From: Candidatus Omnitrophota bacterium
GTDB taxonomy: Bacteria > Omnitrophota > Omnitrophia > Omnitrophales > Aquincolibacteriaceae
DNA: 45,969 nucleotides
Reading direction: 5' to 3'
Assembly: GCA_028713205.1 (NCBI GenBank)
Contig: JAQTOZ010000002.1
Span: 1 to 45,969 of the forward strand
Made by a program: the position numbers and the translations under genes. Each line of letters begins with the position of its first letter. Positions within the stretch are counted from its first letter, which is position 1. Below the pieces are notes generated by a model. It searched no databases and was not told where the DNA came from. It saw nothing but the letters and a program-made list of their open reading frames with translations. This document shows, piece by piece, positions 8,770 to 15,952 of the stretch.

Positions 8770-8793
8770 AATTTTCTCGACGTCGAGAAAATT
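8770..8793. repeat. Perfect 24-bp palindrome AATTTTCTCGAC|GTCGAGAAAATT
   Basis: Read directly from the sequence. It lies in the 233-bp gap between the Hyf-like operon and the pseudouridine synthase gene. No T-run follows. Confidence 0.9.
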
Positions 8794-8903
8794 GGATATC
8801 AGCTGAATTTTGAAGTCGACTGCAGAATTGAACAGCCCCCACCCCCGACAGGCCGGTAAACCGTAGCGCTTTTGGAGATGTTCTGATAATCTGTTAACTC
8901 ATC

Positions 8904-9659
8904 ATGAATGAAAACCTAACTGCCCAATCCCGTTGCCCCGTCCTTTATCGCGATCAGTGGCTCTTGATCGTCAACAAACCGGCGGGCATTCTTTCGCATC
9001 CAAACCCCGTTCGCTCCGGCAAGGGAGCGCCACCGAAAGGGAAGCCGGCGGCGGCCGCGTTTCAGGGAAATTATCATTTTGAAGATCGCCGGTTTGACAC
9101 GCCCGCAGGGCCTGTTTGGCTGATTCACCGGCTGGACCAGGACGTCTCCGGCGTGTTGCTCGCGACATTGGACCGCGAGACGGCACAAAGCTGCCGCGCG
9201 CTTTTTGAAAAACATGAAATTCAGAAGCGCTATCTGGCGCTGGTCGCGGGACGGCCGGTACCCGCCTCGGGAAAATGGCGCGATCACCTTGCGGAAAGGC
9301 GGCAGGCTTCGTTCGTGCGCGGTTTTGTCCGCTCCTCCGCCCATGCGAACGCGGAATTGCGGTACCGCACCCTGAAATTTTTCCAGCGCGAGCAGCTGGC
9401 GCTTTTGGAGATCGAATTGATTACGGGCAAGACGCACCAGATCCGGGTGCAATCGGCTTTTCACCGGCATCCGGTTATCGGCGACGGTGTGTACGGAAAT
9501 TTTATGCTCAACCGTAAACTTCGCAAGGACCTCGGACTCCGGCACATTTTCCTGCATGCGGCCCAACTGGGCCTGAAACATCCCAAGACCGGCCAATTCC
9601 TCATGATCGAGGCCCCGCTGCCGGAAGAATTGCAGAGCGGCCTGGATCGCGCCTACTGA
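8904..9659 (+). CDS. RluA-family RNA pseudouridine synthase
   Basis: HRLDQDVSGVLL (catalytic Asp motif), GKTHQIRVQ and GDGVYG motifs are present. There is no S4 domain. Confidence 0.8.
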   Translation: MNENLTAQSRCPVLYRDQWLLIVNKPAGILSHPNPVRSGKGAPPKGKPAAAAFQGNYHFEDRRFDTPAGPVWLIHRLDQDVSGVLLATLDRETAQSCRALFEKHEIQKRYLALVAGRPVPASGKWRDHLAERRQASFVRGFVRSSAHANAELRYRTLKFFQREQLALLEIELITGKTHQIRVQSAFHRHPVIGDGVYGNFMLNRKLRKDLGLRHIFLHAAQLGLKHPKTGQFLMIEAPLPEELQSGLDRAY

Positions 9660-9780
9660 TTCCGGAACAATACGCTGTTGCGCATGCGCGTTAAGATTGA
9701 TAGAATAACCGGCTTTTTGAGGGAATTTTTCGAATATTTTTCTACGAGTTTGAAACACACGGAATATCAAAGGGGTATTT

Positions 9781-10638
9781 ATGAGTGACGGTTCGCCCAA
9801 AGGGAAAAGCGTCGGTCTTTTGACGGCATTCACGCCCGAAATTTTCAAGAGTGAGTATTTCACCCGCATTATTTCCGGGATCATCGACGCGCTGCGCAAT
9901 ACGGAATTTTCTCTGAAGCTCGTCATGGTCAAGGACGAGGAATACGCGGACCCGAGCCGCAAGATTTTTCGGGAACATTCGCTGGACGGCCTGATGTTGC
10001 TGACGTGGCGGATTCATCCCAAGTATATCGAAGAGGCCATTGCCGGGTCGGAACTCCCCGTCGTCATCATCAATGACTACACGCCGGAACTCAAAGCCAA
10101 TATCGTGTATTGCGATAACAAACTCGGCGTCCGGCTCGCGCTCAGGCATTTGATCAGCCGTGGCTTCCGCAAGGTGGGCATTTTGCAGGGGCCGGACGAG
10201 GCCTCGCTGGACGCGCGCGAGAGATTGCAGCATTGGACCGAGCTCCTGCGGGATTGCGACATGACTTTCGACAGGGAGCATTACCGCAAATGCGATTATT
10301 TTTTTGAAGAAGACGGTTACCTGAAAATGATGGACATCATTCATCACTCCAAAAGCCTGCCCCGCGCCATGCTTTGTTTCAACGATGACATCGCCATCGG
10401 CGCCATCAAGGCGCTCAAGGAATCCTGGATCCGTTGCCCCGAGCAGGTGGCCGTGATCGGCTACGACGGGATCGATAAGGGCCGGTATGTCGATCCGCCG
10501 TTGACCACCATTCGCCAGCCGCTGGAGCGCATGGGTGCCGAGATGGTCAACGTGATGACCGGCTTGATCGAAGGAAAACTGCGCGGGCCCGTGCAAAAAA
10601 TGTTTCAACCCGAACTTGTCGTCCGGCGTTCGTGCTAA
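9781..10638 (+). CDS. LacI/PurR-type periplasmic-binding-fold sensor domain protein without a DNA-binding domain
   Basis: Starts at KSVGLLTAFTPEIFKSEYF, the position just after the hinge in LacI repressors. It continues with DGLMLL, VVIINDY, ICFNDDIAIGAIKAL-like and GYDGI ... TTIRQP motifs. The 120-nt upstream gap has stops in all frames. Confidence 0.65.
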   Translation: MSDGSPKGKSVGLLTAFTPEIFKSEYFTRIISGIIDALRNTEFSLKLVMVKDEEYADPSRKIFREHSLDGLMLLTWRIHPKYIEEAIAGSELPVVIINDYTPELKANIVYCDNKLGVRLALRHLISRGFRKVGILQGPDEASLDARERLQHWTELLRDCDMTFDREHYRKCDYFFEEDGYLKMMDIIHHSKSLPRAMLCFNDDIAIGAIKALKESWIRCPEQVAVIGYDGIDKGRYVDPPLTTIRQPLERMGAEMVNVMTGLIEGKLRGPVQKMFQPELVVRRSC

Positions 10639-10643
10639 AATAG

Positions 10644-10775
10644 ACCCAAGTCTCAAGACCCAGGACAAATGGAAGCAGGATTAAGAAGAACTATAGGGAC
10701 GCCCCTTGCGGGCTCCCGTCATTCGCAGGGTTGCCCGAATATTAGGGCGGGCAGGTACAAGACTTGCCCCGACCA
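10644..10775. repeat. Dispersed intergenic repeat, copy A (GC-rich hairpin core)
   Basis: The core AAGAAGAACTATAGGGACGCCCCTTGCGGGCTCCCGTCATTCGCAGGGTTGCCC (10683-10736) matches 15729-15782 at most positions. It is preceded by one CTCAAGACCCAGGA unit and followed by the hairpin GGGCAGGTACAAGACTTGCCC. Confidence 0.65.
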
Positions 10776-10844
10776 TGGCAGGATGATTTTTCTTTATCCT
10801 ACTCACGGGTCTATCATTCCGGAACGGTTGAACACACTTTTTCT

Positions 10845-12083
10845 ATGACTGAAAAAACATACGATGTGATCGTGATCGGTGCCGGGGCCTCCGGGATCAT
10901 GACGGCGATTTGGGCGGCGAAGGCTTCGCTTCAGGTGCTGCTCCTGGACAGCCGGGACAAGATCGGTTCCAAAATTCTGATTTCCGGCGGCGGCCGTTGC
11001 AATGTGACCCATCGCGACGTGACCGAAAAAGATTATGCCTCCGGGAACCCGAGAACCTTGCGCAATATTTTGAGGACTTTTTCTTCCGCGCAGGCCGTCG
11101 ATTTTTTCCGGGAAGCCGGGCTCGAATTCGTGACGGAGGAAGACGGCAAGTATTTTCCGAAAAGCGGGTCGGCGAGGACCGTGCTGGATGCCTTGACGGG
11201 GATGCTTGAAAAAGTCCCGGTGACGGTTGAGACCGGCCGGAAAGTCGTGCGCGTCACGTTTGACGGGAAACTTTTCCTTGTCGAGGGCAGCGGTTTCGGA
11301 TTTTTCTCCCGGACGTTGGCCGTTTGTACGGGGGGATTGTCTTACCCCGAGACGGGGAGTGACGGGGCGGGATACCTGATTGCGTTCGGGTTCGGCCATC
11401 GCATTGTGCCGACGGCGCCGGTCTTGACACCGCTGACGACCGACGATCCCGATTGGAAAAATTTATCGGGGATCGCGCTTCCCAGCCGGTTGTCCTTTTG
11501 GGCGGGCGGGAAAAAGGTGGTGGCCTCGGAAGGAAATTTTTTGTTCACACATTTCGGTTTTAGCGGTCCCGCGGTGCTGGATATCAGCCGTTGCTGGGTT
11601 TGCGCCGAAGCGGAAGCCAAACCGGAACTCCTGGCGGATTTTCTGCCGGAGGAAGAGGGTGAACATTTGCGCGAAGATTTTATAAACGCAGCGCGGGATT
11701 ATCCGAGGCGGAGCGTCGAACGGTTTTTGTCCGCGAAACTGCCGGAGCGTTTCGTCGGGGTCCTTCTCAAGAAAACCGGGGCTTCACCGGACATGACGTT
11801 GGCACAACTCAGGAAAGAAGACCGCGAATATATTATCCGGTACTTGCATCATTGCCCGTTGAAGATCACGGGCGCTTTGGGATATGAAAAGGCCGAGGTG
11901 ACCGCCGGCGGAGTGGACCTCAACGGGGTCGACTCCAAGACATTGGAATCCAAACTGCAGCCGGGACTTTATTTCGCGGGGGAGGTCCTGGATGTGGACG
12001 GCCGTATCGGCGGCTTCAATTTTCAATGGGCGTGGTCCAGTGCCGTGGCCGTTGCGCGCGCCATAGCCAAACGGTTGGGATAG
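10845..12083 (+). CDS. HI0933/YhiN (BaiN-like) family FAD-dependent oxidoreductase
   Basis: YDVIVIGAGASGIMTA Rossmann motif, then ILISGGGRCNVTH, and C-terminal LYFAGEVLDVDGRIGGFNFQWAWSSA. ATG 10845 is chosen because it lies just before the Rossmann motif. Confidence 0.8.
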   Translation: MTEKTYDVIVIGAGASGIMTAIWAAKASLQVLLLDSRDKIGSKILISGGGRCNVTHRDVTEKDYASGNPRTLRNILRTFSSAQAVDFFREAGLEFVTEEDGKYFPKSGSARTVLDALTGMLEKVPVTVETGRKVVRVTFDGKLFLVEGSGFGFFSRTLAVCTGGLSYPETGSDGAGYLIAFGFGHRIVPTAPVLTPLTTDDPDWKNLSGIALPSRLSFWAGGKKVVASEGNFLFTHFGFSGPAVLDISRCWVCAEAEAKPELLADFLPEEEGEHLREDFINAARDYPRRSVERFLSAKLPERFVGVLLKKTGASPDMTLAQLRKEDREYIIRYLHHCPLKITGALGYEKAEVTAGGVDLNGVDSKTLESKLQPGLYFAGEVLDVDGRIGGFNFQWAWSSAVAVARAIAKRLG

Positions 12084-12093
12084 AGTTATACTG

Positions 12094-12447
12094 GTGCCGT
12101 TTATGCATCCCAAATATCGCAAAATGCTGAGCGTGATGAAGCTGAAGGAAAAAAAGCGGCGGCGTAACAAAGACTCCGAGCTGTGGCATCTTTATATCCT
12201 CCGTTGTCAGGACGGGTCGCTTTACACGGGAGTGACGAAAGATTTGGCGCGGCGGTTCAAAATGCATAATGACGGCAAGGCCTCACGATATACGCGCGTG
12301 CGGCGGCCGGTCGAAATGATCTATCATCAGGAATGCGGGAGCCGGACGCAGGCGTTGGTCCGGGAATGCGCGGTCAAATCGCTTCCGAAAAAAAAGAAAT
12401 TGGAAATCGTGAATGCTGGCAAAGTGAACGTTTCTCAAGGAGGTTAA
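12094..12447 (+). CDS. GIY-YIG domain protein (UPF0213-like)
   Basis: WHLYILRCQDGSLYTGVTKDLARRFKMHNDG ... ECAVKSLPKKKK. The start is uncertain: GTG 12094, ATG 12103 or ATG 12136. Confidence 0.75.
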   Translation: MPFMHPKYRKMLSVMKLKEKKRRRNKDSELWHLYILRCQDGSLYTGVTKDLARRFKMHNDGKASRYTRVRRPVEMIYHQECGSRTQALVRECAVKSLPKKKKLEIVNAGKVNVSQGG

Positions 12448-12455
12448 AGCAATCG

Positions 12456-13073
12456 ATGAGTTCAGCCGTGGACACACTTACCGAACAATTAAGAGGCAAA
12501 GCCCTGGAGACGGTCAAGCGCCACAAGGCGTCCTGGATTGAGCTGGGGCAATACCTCGTGACGATCAATAAAGACAAGCTTTACAAAACCTGGGGTTTTT
12601 TGGCCTTCGACGCTTATTGCAAAAAAGAACTGCACATCAATCCGGCGACGGCGGCGAAGATGCTGAAATCCTATGCCTTTCTGGAAAAGGAAGAGCCCAG
12701 GATCGTCGCGACCGAATTCCCGCAAACGGAAAATCCCCGGGCGATTCCGAATTACGAGTCCGTGAATCTTTTGCGGCTGGCCAAGGAGAACAAAGCCATC
12801 ACCACACAGGAATTCGCCGGTCTGCGGGAAGCCGTACTGAACGAGGCCCGGGAACCCAAAGACGTCCGCGCGCGCGTGAAGGAAATTCTTTCGGACAAGG
12901 ATGAACGCGACGAAGTGGAGGTGCGCCGGGCCCATCGCAATACCGTGATCAAGCGTTTGGTCACGATGCTTGCCGGCGCCAGGCGGGAATTCGAAAGCGA
13001 GAATCTTCTTCCGGATTATCTCCTGAAGCAAATGAGCGAGCTGACGAAAAAACTCGAAGATCAGATGGAATGA
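12456..13073 (+). CDS. Hypothetical protein, possible HTH DNA-binding domain (DUF3102/ParB-HTH-like pattern)
   Basis: ATG 12456 is preceded by AAGGAGG. WIELGQYLVTINKDKLYKTWGFLAFDAYCKKELHINPATAAKMLKSYAFL has the look of a KorB/ParB-type HTH. The C-terminal half is charged and helical. The track ORF start at 12333 overlaps the GIY-YIG gene. Confidence 0.5.
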   Translation: MSSAVDTLTEQLRGKALETVKRHKASWIELGQYLVTINKDKLYKTWGFLAFDAYCKKELHINPATAAKMLKSYAFLEKEEPRIVATEFPQTENPRAIPNYESVNLLRLAKENKAITTQEFAGLREAVLNEAREPKDVRARVKEILSDKDERDEVEVRRAHRNTVIKRLVTMLAGARREFESENLLPDYLLKQMSELTKKLEDQME

Positions 13074-14059
13074 AAAACGAAATCCGGTCCAAAGCGGAAA
13101 GTTTTAAGGCAAAGTTCTTCGGTAATATCCGCCGGACATCTCCTTTATTGGTCCTGAGACTTTTGACGGCGATCATTGTCCTTTCGCCGTGGCTTGCCTT
13201 TTCGCTGTTCATGAGCTGGCTGAAAATGAATCACTGGCGCAAACCGAAGGTCTGCCGCGATTTTGTGGAGCGGCACAAACTGGCCTTCGAGGGCGTGGAC
13301 CCGGCGACGCTGACGGTCGAGGCGCGCTCGGGCGGAGTCAGCAATTCCAACGAGATTTGGCATTGCCGGAAAATCAGCGGCGAGGAAACCGGGTATTTTG
13401 TCAAAATTTTCGTTTCGGTCGGAAGTTTTTGGGCCAAACATCTTTCGCTGGTCAGTCCTTTTCCCCCGATTTACGGCGGCCGGACACATGAGCGGTTTAT
13501 CATCGACATGGTCAGCCGCGTCCAACTTGCCGAGTGCGGAATCCCGGTGCCGAAATTGATCGTGTATGATGCCGTCGCCAAAGTCATGGTGACGGATTTC
13601 CTGCGCGGCGAAACGGTCGATGATGCCCTGAAGCGGATCGCGGGCAAAGACGTGGTGGACCCGGACGACGTGGATATTATCCGCCAATGCGGGATTGGTT
13701 TGGCGAAAGTGCACAGGGCCGGGTTTTCGTTGATCGATACACAACCCGCGAATTGTATCTGGGTCAAAGCGGAGAAAAAGGTCTATTTCACGGACCTCGA
13801 GTTTTGCACGCGCCAGGACAAAAGGGTTTGGGACGTCGGATTTTTTCTTTGTTTTCTGGCGTTACGGTTGACGGGGAGCGTCAAGAAACTCATTCAGGAA
13901 ATCTTTCTGCAGAATTACCAGATTGAGCGGCAGCTGAATTTGACCGAGGTGGCCGAAATTCAGCATCAGATGCGCGAATATTTGCCGATCTTTCAAACAG
14001 TGCTGGATTTGCGGCAGTATACGCCCGAAGAGTTGTTGACCGAGCTGGTGAGCGGGTAA
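13070..14059 (+). CDS. Membrane-anchored protein-kinase-like fold phosphotransferase (APH/choline-kinase/LPS-kinase type)
   Basis: N-terminal TM segment (LLVLRLLTAIIVLSPWLAFSLF). Motifs: GGVSNSNEIW (Gly-rich loop), YFVKIF (Lys), LIDTQPANCIW (catalytic loop) and YFTDLEF (metal-binding Asp). ATGA overlap with the upstream CDS. Confidence 0.55.
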   Translation: MKNEIRSKAESFKAKFFGNIRRTSPLLVLRLLTAIIVLSPWLAFSLFMSWLKMNHWRKPKVCRDFVERHKLAFEGVDPATLTVEARSGGVSNSNEIWHCRKISGEETGYFVKIFVSVGSFWAKHLSLVSPFPPIYGGRTHERFIIDMVSRVQLAECGIPVPKLIVYDAVAKVMVTDFLRGETVDDALKRIAGKDVVDPDDVDIIRQCGIGLAKVHRAGFSLIDTQPANCIWVKAEKKVYFTDLEFCTRQDKRVWDVGFFLCFLALRLTGSVKKLIQEIFLQNYQIERQLNLTEVAEIQHQMREYLPIFQTVLDLRQYTPEELLTELVSG

Positions 14060-14121
14060 ATCGCTGCTCCTGATCCGATAAAGGCCGTGTCTTTGCCAAA
14101 CTCAAAGAGCAATCTTGAAAC

Positions 14122-15489
14122 ATGAAATGTGAAACCATAACCTATCCGGTCCTTTTTGCCTTCCTCCTTTTATCGCTTCCGCTCCTTAGCGGCGCCAAAT
14201 TTTTCGAGATAACCGCCGACCCGCGTTTGAATGAAGAAGCAACCGCGCAAAAAAAAGAGCGACAGTCGGAACAGTTGGAAAAGGCCCGACTCAGCCAACT
14301 TTTTCAAGCCATCACCGAAGAAAAATTCATTGCATTCAGCCGGGTGTATCAATGCCACCCGGAAAGGGCGACGAGTTTCGGGGAGATCTCCAGATTGAGC
14401 AGTTTGACGCGCGCGGATATCATGCTCATCCTCAAAAACTTCGATGTGATCAATAAAAAGTATGCCGATGTCCCTTTTCAGTGCGAGGACGGACTTTCGG
14501 TCCCCTGTCTGCCCCGTGAAGATGTTGAGATGATCAAATCGAACTACAAGAACGGCAAGCCCGAACGGGTCATCGCGTATCAGAGCGGCAAGCTGAACGG
14601 TGTGAGCAAATTTTTTCATGAGAGCGGAAAGCTCCAGGAGGTGCGGGACTATAAAGCCGACAAGCTGCAGGGGCAGGTCAAGACTTACAATACGGACGGA
14701 AAGCTCGAGGAAGTCCGCAGTTACCAGGCGGACCTCCTGGACGGTCCCAGCAAGACCTATGGTGCCAACGGGATGCTTGAGGAAATACGGAATTACAGGA
14801 AAGGCCTCCTGGACGGCCAAAGCCGGTTTTATCGTCCGGACGGAAAGCTCGAGGAAACCAAAACTTACCGGCAAGGTCTCTTGAACGGTGTCAACCGGAT
14901 TTACGGACCGGACGGCCGTTTGGAAGAAGTCCGTTGCTATAAAAATGATGTGTTGGACGGGGTCTGCAAACATTTCTACGAGACCGGGAAGTTGGAGTGG
15001 GTGATGCATTACAAAAACGGCGTCTTGAGCGGTTTGAGCAAATCTTATAATTTCTACGGCCGGCTGGAACAAGCGCGGCGTTATGACAAGGACCGTCTGA
15101 ATGGCGTCAGTGAATTTTATGATGAATTGGGGCGCTTGCGGGAAATCATAACGTACAAGGACGATCAATTGAACGGACTAACCGAATTCTATAATCCGAT
15201 CGGGCAGCCGGAATGGTCCATGAATTATAAGAACGGAAAATTGGACGGTCTGGTCAAACGCTACAATGCATACGGCCGGGAAGAGCAGGTGATGACTTAT
15301 AAAGAAGGCAAGCTCAACGGCCAATCGACGGCCTACTACCGGGACGGCTCCCTCAAGGCCGAACTCAACTATAAAGATCAGGCCATGGACGGTCTGGTAC
15401 GCTACTACCGGCTTGGCAAATTGATTGCCGAAGAAACTTATCAGAACGGAAAGTTGATCGGCAATACGAATTACCGTCCGCAGCATTGA
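14122..15489 (+). CDS. Secreted MORN-variant (YwqK-type) repeat protein
   Basis: Signal peptide MKCETITYPVLFAFLLLSLPLLSGA. About 13 consecutive 23-residue units follow, of the type Y-x-x-G-K-L-[ND]-G-x-x-K-x-[YF]-x-x-x-G-K-L-E-E. Confidence 0.75.
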   Translation: MKCETITYPVLFAFLLLSLPLLSGAKFFEITADPRLNEEATAQKKERQSEQLEKARLSQLFQAITEEKFIAFSRVYQCHPERATSFGEISRLSSLTRADIMLILKNFDVINKKYADVPFQCEDGLSVPCLPREDVEMIKSNYKNGKPERVIAYQSGKLNGVSKFFHESGKLQEVRDYKADKLQGQVKTYNTDGKLEEVRSYQADLLDGPSKTYGANGMLEEIRNYRKGLLDGQSRFYRPDGKLEETKTYRQGLLNGVNRIYGPDGRLEEVRCYKNDVLDGVCKHFYETGKLEWVMHYKNGVLSGLSKSYNFYGRLEQARRYDKDRLNGVSEFYDELGRLREIITYKDDQLNGLTEFYNPIGQPEWSMNYKNGKLDGLVKRYNAYGREEQVMTYKEGKLNGQSTAYYRDGSLKAELNYKDQAMDGLVRYYRLGKLIAEETYQNGKLIGNTNYRPQH

Positions 15490-15625
15490 TGAAGCGATCA
15501 GCGTTCTGCTTTCAGCCTTCGGCCAAAGAGGATCCAGGACGCGCGACGACAGACAACCGACCACCGACTCCAGACCTAAAAAACAATCGGCAGGAGGCAG
15601 TCGGCAATTTTGGACGCAGCGAGAC

Positions 15626-15701
15626 GAAACTCAAGTCCCGAAACTCAAGTCCCGAGACTCAAGTCCCGAGACTCAAGTCCCAGGACTCAAGACCCAAGAC
15701 C
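15626..15701. repeat. 14-bp tandem repeat, about 5.4 copies (GARACTCAAGTCCC)
   Basis: Units at 15626, 15640, 15654, 15668 and 15682 (the last degenerate, AGGACTCAAGACCC), plus a partial unit. Confidence 0.9.
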
Positions 15702-15790
15702 TGCCTGCCGGCAGGCGGGCGCAAGACCAGAAGAACCGTAGGGGCGCCCCTTGTGGGCGCCCGTAATCCGAATGGTTGCTCCTGCCTTCC
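15702..15790. repeat. Dispersed intergenic repeat, copy B (GC-rich hairpin core)
   Basis: Palindrome CCTGCCGGCAGG, then the core AGAAGAACCGTAGGGGCGCCCCTTGTGGGCGCCCGTAATCCGAATGGTTGCTCC (15729-15782). GGGCGCCC-CTTGT-GGGCGCCC can form an 8-bp GC hairpin. Confidence 0.65.
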
Positions 15791-15952
15791 GTCTTTGGGC
15801 TTGATCACAGGATATGGATTAAGATAGACTGAAGCCTTGTCGTATATATATATGGGCATCATTCCTGGTCTTACGACGACGTCAGCTAGAAGATTTCTTT
15901 TAATCACGAAGGTTTTTATAACCACGCTCTTATTTGCAGAGCTTAGGATATT

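Noticed and set aside
8916-10668. Two long minus-strand ORFs (8916..9962 and 9742..10668)
   Set aside because: They lie antisense to the RluA-family and LacI-type sensor genes, which have clear motifs. The antisense products are low-complexity and Arg-rich.
14170-15168. 332-aa minus-strand ORF
   Set aside because: It lies antisense to the MORN-repeat gene. Its apparent periodicity only mirrors the sense-strand repeats.
15626-15701. Possible CRISPR array
   Set aside because: The units are 14 bp and directly abutting, with no spacers, and no cas genes are present. It is a simple tandem repeat.
15486-15827. 113-aa + strand ORF downstream of the MORN-repeat gene
   Set aside because: It is simply a translation of the 14-bp tandem array and the dispersed GC-rich repeat (…LKSRNSSPETQVPRLKSQDS…VGAPLVGARNPNG). 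It has no RBS.
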